Shown piece by piece: positions 1-9,583 of a stretch of DNA of 64,000 nt. How positions within the stretch are numbered: position 1 is the first letter of the stretch; every line of letters starts with the position of its first letter. The notes under the pieces were generated by a model. It ran no database searches. It was not told where the DNA came from and worked only from the letters and a program-made list of their open reading frames with translations. Origin of the DNA: Thermoproteota archaeon (GTDB lineage: Archaea; Korarchaeota; JAOZGF01; JAOZFZ01); the NCBI GenBank assembly GCA_027492035.1, contig JAOZFT010000004.1, positions 160,001-224,000 on the forward strand. Direction: 5' to 3'. The position numbers and the translations under genes were made by a program.

Positions 1-47
1 TTACTTTCCTCATTGCTTGGAAGAAAAAGAGAGTTTAATGTTTCCAT

Positions 48-323
48 TCAGCCGTTGTCCCTCTCCATTTCTTGCAAAAATTTAACGAAAAGAGAAACCT
101 CGCCTCTTTTAAGATTTAAACAGTACTTACGGGGACGGTAAGGGAAAGTTTTGAGCCATTTCACCTCCTCAAGGTCTTTCAAGTACTTTCCTAAAGTTTT
201 TGAGTCAATACCTAAACTTTTTCTAATTTGGTACTTGGTGTAAAGTAGTGAAGGATTTTTAGCGAGGAAACGAATAAGTTGAACTTTTCGGTAACTTCCT
301 AACACTTTCTTAATTTTATCCAT
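48..323 (-). CDS. ArsR-like winged-helix DNA-binding protein
   Basis: 91 aa, basic; HTH-like pattern (TKYQIRKSLGIDSKTLGKYLKDLEEVKWL) followed by a wing (PRKYCLN); divergent from cdc6. Confidence 0.7.
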   Translation of the reverse strand: MDKIKKVLGSYRKVQLIRFLAKNPSLLYTKYQIRKSLGIDSKTLGKYLKDLEEVKWLKTFPYRPRKYCLNLKRGEVSLFVKFLQEMERDNG

Positions 324-491
324 GAATATGAACCTGAAGTTTTGTAGTATTTATTTCTTTTGAACGATTAGAGTTAGAGAAATAACCAGCAAAGAACTTA
401 GAACAATTATTTACCCCCCCTCCCCCAAAAAAACAACCCCACAATATAAAAAGTTGATAAAATGAAGAAATTTCAAGGAGGGGGTTGAGAC

Positions 492-1679
492 ATGGGAAGC
501 AATTTTTTAACTTTAAAGGGGTGGCATTCACCCATTTTCAGGGATGAAACAAAACTTTACTTAGAGTATGTCCCTAAAGATCTTCCTCACCGAGAGGATA
601 CAATGAAAAAACTAACCTATTTATTTTGGCCAATTATTTCCTCTACTGGAAATTTTTCAGCTAGTGCCTGGATACATGGGGCTGTAGGAACAGGTAAAAC
701 CGCTGTTTCTAAGAAGTTTGGATTTCTCTTTGAGAAAATCAGTAAACAGAAATCATTTCTTTTAAAGTATATTCACATAAATTGTAAACAGAAAAGAACA
801 GGCTCTAATGTGATTTTATCCATCTTGGATAATTTAAACGTGACAGTGCCTTCTAGAGGACTTTCTTTTCAAGAATTAGCCTCAATACTTAAAAAAATTC
901 TGTTCAAGAAGAAAAGATATATCCTTTTAGTTTTGGATGAGGCAGGTTATCTTTTGAAAAAGGAAGGATCCGACATTATTTACAGCCTTGCACGGCTAAC
1001 AGAGGAAGAATTTAATCAGAGGCCTTTATTCTCATTTATTTTTACCTCTAAACAAGGTAGAGATGCCTTTCTTCTAGATCAAAGTACAAGAAGTTCACTT
1101 GCACCAACTAAAATTCATTTACCAAAATACAATAAGAATGAGTTAAAAGATATACTAACTCTAAGAACTGAGGAAGCTTTAAGAAAGGGAGTGATAAAGG
1201 AGGAAGTAATAGATTTAATAGCAGAAATTGCTTCTTCAAAAGGAGATGCTCGATATGCCATAGAGCTCTTGTGGAAAGCTGGTAAAGAAGCTGAAATGGA
1301 GGATTCAAAAGAAATACTTCCCTCTCATGTCCACAAAGTTAATTTATCTATTATGGAACCTAGACAATATGAGGAGATAAATAACTTGCCGAGACATGAA
1401 AAGATGGTTTTGTTAGCGATCATAAAAGAAAATCTGAGTGGAGAGAGGAAATATGCAAGGATTAAAAGGATAGTGGAGAGGTACAGGGGCATTTGTAGAA
1501 AATATGGTGAAGAACCTAGGTCCTATACTAGGGTTTGGCAATTCATAAAGGATTTACAGCACGCAGGGTTAATAGAAGTTAATAGGTTAAGTGAAGGTGA
1601 AAGAGGAACCTTAAAGATAAGGGTTACCCATGAAGAACTAAACAGTTTGGAGGGAGTAATAAAGGGGCAACTTTGCTAA
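492..1679 (+). CDS. cdc6: Orc1/Cdc6 replication initiator
   Basis: N-terminal YVPKDLPHRE, Walker A GAVGTGKT, Walker B LVLDE, sensor GDARYAIELL, C-terminal winged helix. Confidence 0.96.
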   Translation: MGSNFLTLKGWHSPIFRDETKLYLEYVPKDLPHREDTMKKLTYLFWPIISSTGNFSASAWIHGAVGTGKTAVSKKFGFLFEKISKQKSFLLKYIHINCKQKRTGSNVILSILDNLNVTVPSRGLSFQELASILKKILFKKKRYILLVLDEAGYLLKKEGSDIIYSLARLTEEEFNQRPLFSFIFTSKQGRDAFLLDQSTRSSLAPTKIHLPKYNKNELKDILTLRTEEALRKGVIKEEVIDLIAEIASSKGDARYAIELLWKAGKEAEMEDSKEILPSHVHKVNLSIMEPRQYEEINNLPRHEKMVLLAIIKENLSGERKYARIKRIVERYRGICRKYGEEPRSYTRVWQFIKDLQHAGLIEVNRLSEGERGTLKIRVTHEELNSLEGVIKGQLC

Positions 1680-1702
1680 AATCTACGGAGAGGTGTTTTC
1701 TA

Positions 1703-1990
1703 GTGCCTACTCTCCCACAAAAAATTAGTTTAGAGGAGGTATTCTCAACAAAGGCCCGAGTACGAATTATTAAATTGCTTATTTCAGAGGGAGAGATGAA
1801 CATTACCCAGTTAACTAGAAAAACATGTTTAAATCACAAAATAGTTTCTTCAAACATTAAAGTTCTGTCAGAGAAAGGAATAATCTCTACAGAAAAAATA
1901 GGAAGAATTAGAACTTGCAAAATAAATAAATCAAACCCAAGAGCTAAATTATTAGCTAAATTTATTTCAGAATGGCAAAAAAGGCTATGA
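1703..1990 (+). CDS. ArsR-like winged-helix protein downstream of cdc6
   Basis: LEEVFSTKARVRIIKLL...MNITQLTRKTCLNH wHTH pattern; GTG at 1703 follows SD-like GAGAGGTG (ORF track starts at 1673). Confidence 0.8.
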   Translation: MPTLPQKISLEEVFSTKARVRIIKLLISEGEMNITQLTRKTCLNHKIVSSNIKVLSEKGIISTEKIGRIRTCKINKSNPRAKLLAKFISEWQKRL

Positions 1991-3181
1991 AAGATGTATT
2001 AACTTTTTAACTTCATCTCTACCTAGTGAAAGGTAATTTATGACTTCTTTCCTATATTTACTCTGTTTCTGAACAAGCAATTTAATGAAAGGCAAATACT
2101 CAGAAATTACTTTTTTGCTTGAAACATGACATTTGCTTGAAATCTTAGCCACTAATTCTTTTTCTTCACCCCTATCTTTCCTAGAAGAACTGATCTTCTT
2201 CAAGTAGGTGGGGAATTTAAAGGGGATGAATTTTTTCCTTTTTCCTACTGAAACAAAAGCCACCGTACCAAACATTAAATCAAAAAAATACTTTAGAAGA
2301 GACCAGTTTCCTTCCTTCTTTATTCTTCCAAGAAAAATGTCGGCTTTTGAGAGTTTCTCATAAGCCATGACTAAACCACGAGGTTCATTATAGATGAGAG
2401 GGAGGTTTTCAGCAACCCATTGAAAGAGAAGAGGGTAGTCTATTTCCAATTCTTCAAACACCCTTAGACCTTCTTCGAAACTTTTAGCCCTTAATAATTT
2501 ATTAATTGCGGCAAAAACATCTATTTTAATGTCACGTGCATGAATTTGCGTTTTATAGAGGAGAATACTTTGTAAATCGTTTAAAGCAGCCCTTACATCA
2601 CCTTTTGCATTCTCCGCTATTGCATTAAGAATTTTATTATCTACATGACCCCCTTCTAACTGAACTACCCTTTTTAAGTAATGGAGGATAGTGGGTTTAG
2701 GTATTCTTCGAAATTTAATGGTTTCACTTTTCAAACGGATATCCCTAAGTCCCAAAGCGTAAGCGTTATTTGCAATCAACACTATTGGATATTTAGATTT
2801 CTCAATGACATGGATAAGGAAGGAAATGAATCTTGGAAAAAGGCTTCTTAACCCTTCTACTTCATCAATTAATATTATTTTTCCCTGGGAACCAAATAAA
2901 CTAGTTGACGTCAAAGTGGAGCTCAGTGCTCTACAAAGCTCCTCAAAAGAGGAAATGGATACGGGGTCGATTTTTACTAGCTCAAAACCTAGTTCTTTGG
3001 CCTCTAACTCAACTAGAAGCGTTTTACCTGAACCTGAAGGCCCGAAAAGCAATGCAGGCTTACTAGTTTCTCCTTTAATAAATTTTTTAAGCCAAGTATT
3101 GAATTTTTCAGTAGCTTCTTTTTGATCCAAGTACTCAGATAAACTTTTGGGTTTGTATTTTTCAATGAAAAGAGTGGACAT
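1985..3181 (-). CDS. rfcL: Replication factor C large subunit
   Basis: EKYKP box, GPSGSGKT, IDEVE, GDVRAALNDLQ; follows rfcS. Confidence 0.94.
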   Translation of the reverse strand: MSTLFIEKYKPKSLSEYLDQKEATEKFNTWLKKFIKGETSKPALLFGPSGSGKTLLVELEAKELGFELVKIDPVSISSFEELCRALSSTLTSTSLFGSQGKIILIDEVEGLRSLFPRFISFLIHVIEKSKYPIVLIANNAYALGLRDIRLKSETIKFRRIPKPTILHYLKRVVQLEGGHVDNKILNAIAENAKGDVRAALNDLQSILLYKTQIHARDIKIDVFAAINKLLRAKSFEEGLRVFEELEIDYPLLFQWVAENLPLIYNEPRGLVMAYEKLSKADIFLGRIKKEGNWSLLKYFFDLMFGTVAFVSVGKRKKFIPFKFPTYLKKISSSRKDRGEEKELVAKISSKCHVSSKKVISEYLPFIKLLVQKQSKYRKEVINYLSLGRDEVKKLIHLS

Positions 3182-3187
3182 TCCTGA

Positions 3188-4150
3188 TCACACAGCACCG
3201 AAAAGGGAAAATTTAGCTAGAAGAGCACTTAGCTGGACATCTGGATGTGCTCCTTCACTTAACCTAAAGTCAACTTCACCTACGTAGTCTAGTAAGGCCG
3301 TCTTTCTTTCTTCTTCTATATCCATGTTAAGAATTTCTCTATGAACTTGTTGCAAAATGTCAGAAGCAGAAACTCCATACCTTGTCATCAAATTGTAAAG
3401 GGTATCACGTGCCTCCTTGAATTTACCTTCTAAAGAGAGAGTCAACATTTTCCTTATTTCAGCAGGGTGAGCCCTGCCAGCTACCTTAAAGACTATTTCT
3501 TCAGTAATCTCTTCATTAAGAGCTGCAGAGGTTTGTAATAAATTTATTGCCCTCCTTAGGTCGCCTTCAGTGATGTAAACTATTGCATCAAGCCCCTTTC
3601 CAGAAATCGAAACCTTCTCCTTCTCAGCAATATAGAGGAGTCTTTCTTTAATCTTCTCTTCACTGATTCTTTGAAACCTGAAAATAGCACATCGTGACTG
3701 TATAGGTTCAATTATTTTAGAAGAGTAATTACAAATTAATATGAATCTGCAATTGTGTGAAAAAATCTCCATTGTTCGCCTTAATGCCTGTTGAGCATCG
3801 CTGGTTAAATTATCAGCTTCATCTAGACAAATTATTTTATAGGGGAACTCTCCTATTGGAGATGTTCTTGCAAAATCCTTAACTCTGGTTCTAATTGTCT
3901 CTATACCCCTTTCATCTGATGCATTCAACTCAATAAAGTTGGATCTAAAACTCCCTGGACCGAACAATTCTTTAGCTAAACAAATCGCAGCAGTAGTTTT
4001 TCCGGTTCCTGGAGGACCTGCAAATAACATATGAGGAATTGATTTAGTAGCTACGAACCTTTTTAACCTTTCAACTGTCTCCTCTTGGTCAGTAATTTCT
4101 TTTAAAGTCTGAGGCCTATATTTCTCGGTCCAGATGCCATTAGCGCTCAT
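3188..4150 (-). CDS. rfcS: Replication factor C small subunit
   Basis: WTEKYRP, GPPGTGKT, ELNASDERG, DEAD, SRC motif; no intein; start placed at ATG 4150 after SD GAGGT. Confidence 0.97.
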   Translation of the reverse strand: MSANGIWTEKYRPQTLKEITDQEETVERLKRFVATKSIPHMLFAGPPGTGKTTAAICLAKELFGPGSFRSNFIELNASDERGIETIRTRVKDFARTSPIGEFPYKIICLDEADNLTSDAQQALRRTMEIFSHNCRFILICNYSSKIIEPIQSRCAIFRFQRISEEKIKERLLYIAEKEKVSISGKGLDAIVYITEGDLRRAINLLQTSAALNEEITEEIVFKVAGRAHPAEIRKMLTLSLEGKFKEARDTLYNLMTRYGVSASDILQQVHREILNMDIEEERKTALLDYVGEVDFRLSEGAHPDVQLSALLAKFSLFGAV

Positions 4151-4335
4151 CAAAACAACCTCTAAACCCTGAACCAAAAATTTAAAATACCTTTCAAAAA
4201 CAATGAACTACTATATTTATTTAATGCCCCTTATAAAAAATAAATGCTCAGCTATAACAAAAAAGTTTTCTTCTTAAGAGAAGAAAACTTTTCACGGCAG
4301 AAAACAGAGAAAACAGAAGAAAAAGCAAGAGGGAT

Positions 4336-4875
4336 ATGGAAGGAGAAGAGTGGGAGTTGGAAACAAAAACTAAGAAAAGAATAAAGAATCAATATAATCT
4401 CTTAAATGATGCCCGAGTAAAATCAAAAAGGGGCTTCTACCTACTGAATGAGGAAGGAAACAAGGAAGAAATTAAAAAAGATGAAATTATTAATGTACCG
4501 GTTTGGCAAGCTGAATTCTTGATAAGGGAAAACCTTGCAGAACCCATATATGAGAAAATAAATAATGAAACCTTAATGAGGATTCTTTCACTTGAGCAAC
4601 TGAATACGTTTTCGTTGTATGAATTACCAAAAGATTTTTACCTTAACTGCCTACATACATTGGAACAATTAAAAAAGAGTAAGGATAAAGCAGCAAATGA
4701 CTTCCTGAACCGACTAGAAAACTTAATAACGCTTAGGTTACAGAAGATACTTAAGATGGCGGCTAAGAACTTAGAAAAAAGAAAAGAAAGGGAAAAGATG
4801 ACAGCTGAGGAAGAACTGCTGTATGATTGGGTAAGGAAATTAGTAAATGATTGGGTTAAATCATTAATAGTTTAA
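4336..4875 (+). CDS. gins23: GINS complex subunit (Gins23/Psf2-like)
   Basis: VPVWQAEFL B-domain, LPKDFY and RLQKI motifs; immediately upstream of mcm. Confidence 0.85.
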   Translation: MEGEEWELETKTKKRIKNQYNLLNDARVKSKRGFYLLNEEGNKEEIKKDEIINVPVWQAEFLIRENLAEPIYEKINNETLMRILSLEQLNTFSLYELPKDFYLNCLHTLEQLKKSKDKAANDFLNRLENLITLRLQKILKMAAKNLEKRKEREKMTAEEELLYDWVRKLVNDWVKSLIV

Positions 4876-4892
4876 GTAACTTAGGGAGAGGT

Positions 4893-6974
4893 ATGGAATT
4901 GCAACAGCTAAAAATATCACAAGAAACTTTAATCAAGACATTCCAAGATTTTCTGCTTAGCTTTCAAAGTGGAGGCAGAAAAGGATATTATGAACAACTT
5001 AAAGGTTTACCTGAAACAGGAGGAATTTCGATAAACGTTAATTACAGCGATGTTTTAATGTACAACCCAGAAATAGCGAATACTTTATTAGAGAAACCAG
5101 AAAAAATAATTAAGTCAGCATCTGAAGCACTTAAAAGAACAATCTCCCAAATAGACCCTGAATATGCTAGATATAAGAAAAGATTTTACGTGAGGTTTCA
5201 TAATTTACCCTATAAATCAGCTATAAGAGATCTACGTGCAAGTCAGATAGGGAAACTAGTGGAAATAGAGGGAGTGGTAACGCAGGCCTCAGCAATTCAA
5301 GCCCAGATGATAACAGCAACATATGAATGTAGGAGTTGCTCCTCTATTTTTGAGGTTCCAATAGATGAAGATAACCCAAGTTTCCAAAAAAGTGTTTTAA
5401 TTTGCCCAAATTGTGGAAGAAAAGGCCTACACAAGCTACAGCTGGAAAACTGTACTTTCATGGACTGGCAAAGTATAAGGCTGCAGGAGGACCATGAAAA
5501 CCTTCCTCCAGGTAGGTTACCTCGATCAATATTATGTATTCTAAAGGAAGATTTAGCTGATAAAGTTAGGCCGGGGGACCATGTGCAACTTGTAGGTATA
5601 CTAAAACCTATAAGGTTAATCCGCAAAGGGGAAGTAAGTAAGCTAAATTATTCCATTTATTTAGAGGGAAACTATGTAAAAGCATTAGGTGAAGAAGTAG
5701 AGACTGAGGAATTAAGTGAAGAAGACATTGAAAAGATAAAATCTTTAGCAAAAGACCCAAATATAGCAGAAAGAATAGTAAACTCCATTTCTCCTTCGAT
5801 ATATGGCTTAAGCGAAGTTAAAAAAGCAATAACTTTACTGCTTTTTGGTGGAAACCCAAAACATTTAGAAGGAGGAGGAAAAATAAGAGGGGATCTAAAC
5901 ATATTGTTAGTAGGTGATCCTGGAACTGGCAAAAGCCAAATATTAAAAAATGTAGCGAGAGTAGCACCAAGAGGATTATACACTACGGGTAAAGGATCTA
6001 CAGCTGCAGGGTTAACGGCAGCTGTAGTTAAGGATTCATTGACAGGGAATTGGAGTCTGGAAGCAGGGGCTTTAGTTTTAGCTGATAAAGGAGTTGCATG
6101 TATAGATGAGTTTGATAAAATGAGCAACAATGACAGAGTTGCAATTCATGAGGCTATGGAACAACAAACTATTTCGATAGCAAAGGCAGGCATAGTTGCG
6201 ACTTTAAACGCTAGAACATCAATATTAGCGGCAGCCAATCCTGCTTGGGGCAGGTATGATGAAGATAGAAGCCCAGCTGAGAACATAAATTTGCCAGTTA
6301 CGATACTGTCAAGATTTGATTTGATATTTCTAATTAAAGATGCGCCTGAGGCTCCAAAGGATAAAAATGTAGCCGAATTCATCCTTAAACTTCACGCTGG
6401 CAGAGGGGAAAATAATCAAGACTTGATAGAGCCTGTTCTCCTGAAAAAGTATATCCTTTACGCAAGAAAAAACATAAAGCCCCGTTTGACAAGGCAAGCT
6501 TTAGGAAGAATAAAACAGTTTTATTTAAAATTAAGGAAGGAAAGCGAAGAAAAACAAGTGATTGCGATAACGCCTAGGCAATTAGAGGCAGTAATTAGAA
6601 TGAGTGAAGCAAGGGCGAAAATGGAACTTAGAAAACAAGTAAAAGAAACAGATGCTGAATTCGCAATCAATTTAATGGAAGAGTTCCTTAACCAAATAGG
6701 CTACGAAAGGAAAGAGGGTGCATACGATATAGATAGAGTAATCACAGGAGTGTCCTTCTCAAAAAGAAAAAGAATATTAGCCCTTGAATCTTTAATAAAG
6801 GAACTTTATGAAGACAATGGAAAAAGGCCTGTTGAAATATCAACCGTTATAGATACTTTTAAAGAGAAACATGGAATACAGGAGACATTAATAAGGGAAG
6901 ATCTTGCCAGACTAAAGAAGGAGGGAAGAGTACTCTTTCCAAAAGAGGGATATGTGATACCTCTCGGATCCTAA
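4893..6974 (+). CDS. mcm: MCM replicative helicase
   Basis: Zn finger CxxC...CxxC, GDPGTGKSQ, CIDEFDKM, SRFD arginine finger, ITPRQLEA; no intein. Confidence 0.98.
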   Translation: MELQQLKISQETLIKTFQDFLLSFQSGGRKGYYEQLKGLPETGGISINVNYSDVLMYNPEIANTLLEKPEKIIKSASEALKRTISQIDPEYARYKKRFYVRFHNLPYKSAIRDLRASQIGKLVEIEGVVTQASAIQAQMITATYECRSCSSIFEVPIDEDNPSFQKSVLICPNCGRKGLHKLQLENCTFMDWQSIRLQEDHENLPPGRLPRSILCILKEDLADKVRPGDHVQLVGILKPIRLIRKGEVSKLNYSIYLEGNYVKALGEEVETEELSEEDIEKIKSLAKDPNIAERIVNSISPSIYGLSEVKKAITLLLFGGNPKHLEGGGKIRGDLNILLVGDPGTGKSQILKNVARVAPRGLYTTGKGSTAAGLTAAVVKDSLTGNWSLEAGALVLADKGVACIDEFDKMSNNDRVAIHEAMEQQTISIAKAGIVATLNARTSILAAANPAWGRYDEDRSPAENINLPVTILSRFDLIFLIKDAPEAPKDKNVAEFILKLHAGRGENNQDLIEPVLLKKYILYARKNIKPRLTRQALGRIKQFYLKLRKESEEKQVIAITPRQLEAVIRMSEARAKMELRKQVKETDAEFAINLMEEFLNQIGYERKEGAYDIDRVITGVSFSKRKRILALESLIKELYEDNGKRPVEISTVIDTFKEKHGIQETLIREDLARLKKEGRVLFPKEGYVIPLGS

Positions 6975-6985
6975 GGTGTGTAAAG

Positions 6986-9553
6986 ATAAAGGAACCTAAT
7001 CTCCCGGAAAAAGTTGCACAAGCAGCTGCGAAATTAGGCATAAGGGCCCTTTTCCCGCCTCAAATAAGAGCTATAAAGAAGGGAATTCTAAAGGGTAAAA
7101 ATTTCGTCATAGCTACACCTACAGCTAGTGGAAAAACATTTATAGCATTAGCTGCGATAATAACCAAGTTAAATAAACACAGTGATAAAGCTATTTATTT
7201 AGCACCTCTACGGAGTATAGCATCGGAAAAATACAGTGAATTCAAAGAATTATTTGATGAATTAGGGTTAAGGACGGCTATTTCCACCGGTGACTTCGAT
7301 CTTTCACCCGACTGGTTGAAAGGATATAACATAATTATTTCCACGAATGAAAAAATTGACTCAATCATTAGACACAACCCAAAGTGGTTACAAGACGTAA
7401 AGGTAGTTGTAGTGGATGAAGTGCACCTTATTGACAGTTTGAAACGTGGCCCAATAATCGAACTCTTAATCGCTAAACTAAGGAAGAAAATAGAAAACCC
7501 ACAAATTTTGTGCTTAAGTGCAACAATTAAAAATGTGAAAGAACTAGCGGAATGGATTAATGGAACATATATAAGCAGCAACTGGAGACCCGTAGAACTC
7601 AGGGAGGGAGTATTTTATGATTACAAAATCTATTGGAGCAATGGAACAAAAAACGTAAGGAAAATTAAGGGGGAGAAATACACAGACCTCTGTCTAGATA
7701 CATTAAAGGAGAAAGGGCAGGTACTTGTTTTTTTAAACACCAGAAAAAACGCAGAAAACACCGCAGAAAAAGTAAAGAACGCTATTTCCAACACTCTTAC
7801 TGAAGAAGAGAAAAAGGAACTTAAAAAAACAGCTAGAAGGATTATTTCAGAAGGAGAACAAACTAAACTTTCGAAAAAACTAGCTAACCTAATAATGAGT
7901 GGAGTTGCATATCATCACGCAGGTTTAAGGCATATTCATCGTGCAATAGTAGAGGAAGCATTCAGAAGTAATTTTCTAAAAGTTATTTGTGCAACCCCCA
8001 CCTTAGCTGCAGGAGTTAACCTCCCAGCTAGGAGGGTAATAATAGGGCAAATTCATAGATTTTCAAAGGGAAAAGGAAGTCAACCTATTTCTGTAATGGA
8101 GTACAAACAAATGTGTCTGCCGTATGACACGCTGATCTTAACAGAAGAAGGGGAGATAGAGATAGGGGAGATAGTTGAAAAGAGAACTCCAAAAAAAGTT
8201 GTCAGTTTAGATCTTGAAACCGGTAAAGTAACCTTGAGCAAGATATTATCCTTTTTTGAAAGGAAAACTAATTTTTTGGTTAAACTCTTTTTAACTACTG
8301 GCTTAAACCTAGAACTGACACCTAACCATCCATTGCTGGCAGTTAAAAACGGAAGGTACGGATGGTTACTTGCAAAAAGAATACGGAGAGGCGATGTTGT
8401 ATTTACGTTAGATAAAGGGCTAATGAGAAAGATAAAAGTGAAAAAGGTAAAAAGAATAAACTTAGATAGCCCGATCACTGTCTTCAATTTGAAAACAGAA
8501 AAGGAAACCTTTTTTGCGGAAAGAATTGTATTGCATAATTGTGGACGGGCAGGTAGACCAAAGTATGATGAAATAGGGGAGGCGGTTCTTATAGCAAACA
8601 CTGAAGAAAGAAAGGAAAAGTACTTAAAAAAGTACGTGAACTCGAAACCAGAAAAAATAAAATCGAAACTGGTTGATTCACCTGCCCTAAGAGCGCAGAT
8701 TCTGTCACTAATAACTTCTAATTTGGCATTCACTCCTGAAGATATGAGGGACATATTTAAGTTGACTTTTTATTACAGCCAAACTAAAGAGAAAAAGAAA
8801 ATAGAGAGAAAGATTAAAGAAACATTAGATTTCTTGTTACTTAACGGATTTATAAAGAAAACAGGGGACTTGCTTCATGCTACAAAGTTAGGAAAAAGGG
8901 TTTCTTTACTTTATTTAGATCCTCTTACAGCAATAATTTTACTTAAAGGAATGGAAAAACTAGAAAAGAAGAAAGTCACTCCTCTTTCATTACTAACACT
9001 GATCTGCCTCACTCCAGACATGGAAACACTAAGTTACCGTAAGGCATTCTATCACGAAATGAACAACTTACTTAAAGAAAGAGAGGAAGAACTACCCCTA
9101 GAAGTTTATTATACTTCAACCTATTACTTGCTCGATCAAGACTGGCTGCAAGCAATATGGACTGCAAATATGCTTGAGAAATGGATAAATGAAGAAAATG
9201 AAGACACTTTAAACTTTAAGTACGGAGTTGGCCCAGGAGACATAAGAAGAGTAAATGAAAGTGCTGATTGGCTCCTCTACTCCATGCAGGAATTAGCCAA
9301 AACGTTTAAACATGAGAATTACATTCCTTTAATTGAAGAACTAAGGCAAAGAATAAAATATGGAGTGAAGAAGGAACTAATTGAATTAACTACCATAAAG
9401 GGTATTGGAAGGGTAAGAGCCAGAGTCCTCTACAATAAGGGATACAAACGTTTAGAAGATTTGAGTAAGGCGTCTATAAATGAACTTGCTAAACTTCCAG
9501 CTATAGGCGAAGCCTTAGCAAAAAGTATTAAAGAACAACTAAATGAGGAATAG
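6986..9553 (+). CDS. hel308: Hel308/Hjm Ski2-like helicase with mini-intein; non-canonical start
   Basis: Frame is open upstream of the ORF-track start (7316) and encodes LFPPQ, PTASGKT and APLRSIASEK; also DEVH, HHAGL, QM|intein|CGRAGRP and C-terminal HhH. Start inferred at ATA 6986 (or GTA 6980). Confidence 0.92.
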   Translation: MKEPNLPEKVAQAAAKLGIRALFPPQIRAIKKGILKGKNFVIATPTASGKTFIALAAIITKLNKHSDKAIYLAPLRSIASEKYSEFKELFDELGLRTAISTGDFDLSPDWLKGYNIIISTNEKIDSIIRHNPKWLQDVKVVVVDEVHLIDSLKRGPIIELLIAKLRKKIENPQILCLSATIKNVKELAEWINGTYISSNWRPVELREGVFYDYKIYWSNGTKNVRKIKGEKYTDLCLDTLKEKGQVLVFLNTRKNAENTAEKVKNAISNTLTEEEKKELKKTARRIISEGEQTKLSKKLANLIMSGVAYHHAGLRHIHRAIVEEAFRSNFLKVICATPTLAAGVNLPARRVIIGQIHRFSKGKGSQPISVMEYKQMCLPYDTLILTEEGEIEIGEIVEKRTPKKVVSLDLETGKVTLSKILSFFERKTNFLVKLFLTTGLNLELTPNHPLLAVKNGRYGWLLAKRIRRGDVVFTLDKGLMRKIKVKKVKRINLDSPITVFNLKTEKETFFAERIVLHNCGRAGRPKYDEIGEAVLIANTEERKEKYLKKYVNSKPEKIKSKLVDSPALRAQILSLITSNLAFTPEDMRDIFKLTFYYSQTKEKKKIERKIKETLDFLLLNGFIKKTGDLLHATKLGKRVSLLYLDPLTAIILLKGMEKLEKKKVTPLSLLTLICLTPDMETLSYRKAFYHEMNNLLKEREEELPLEVYYTSTYYLLDQDWLQAIWTANMLEKWINEENEDTLNFKYGVGPGDIRRVNESADWLLYSMQELAKTFKHENYIPLIEELRQRIKYGVKKELIELTTIKGIGRVRARVLYNKGYKRLEDLSKASINELAKLPAIGEALAKSIKEQLNEE
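8114..8539 (+). mobile_element. Mini-intein (142 aa, no homing endonuclease) in Hel308 motif VI
   Basis: Starts CLPYDT (block A), TPNHP (block B), VFNL (block F), ends VLHN followed by Cys+1; removal restores YKQM-CGRAGRP. Confidence 0.95.
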
Positions 9554-9583
9554 TGGAAGGTAAGGGTGAGTTGGTGGTAGCAT

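Noticed and set aside
1-47. Possible start of another minus-strand gene (ATG at 47, directly after the wHTH stop)
   Set aside because: Only ~15 codons are visible, so no product can be supported
324-491. C-runs and GGAGGGGG upstream of cdc6 as a possible oriC
   Set aside because: No TTCCA..GGAAA-type core or repeated boxes; the G-run doubles as the cdc6 SD
6863-6974. Programmed -1 frameshift fusing MCM to Hel308
   Set aside because: The frame overlap allows it, but there is no in-register slippery heptamer; a non-canonical start is simpler
5297-8754. Long antisense ORFs (e.g. 5672-6130, 8080-8754; likewise 25882-26394, 31200-31616, 37875-38324)
   Set aside because: They shadow well-supported genes on the other strand and show no motifs
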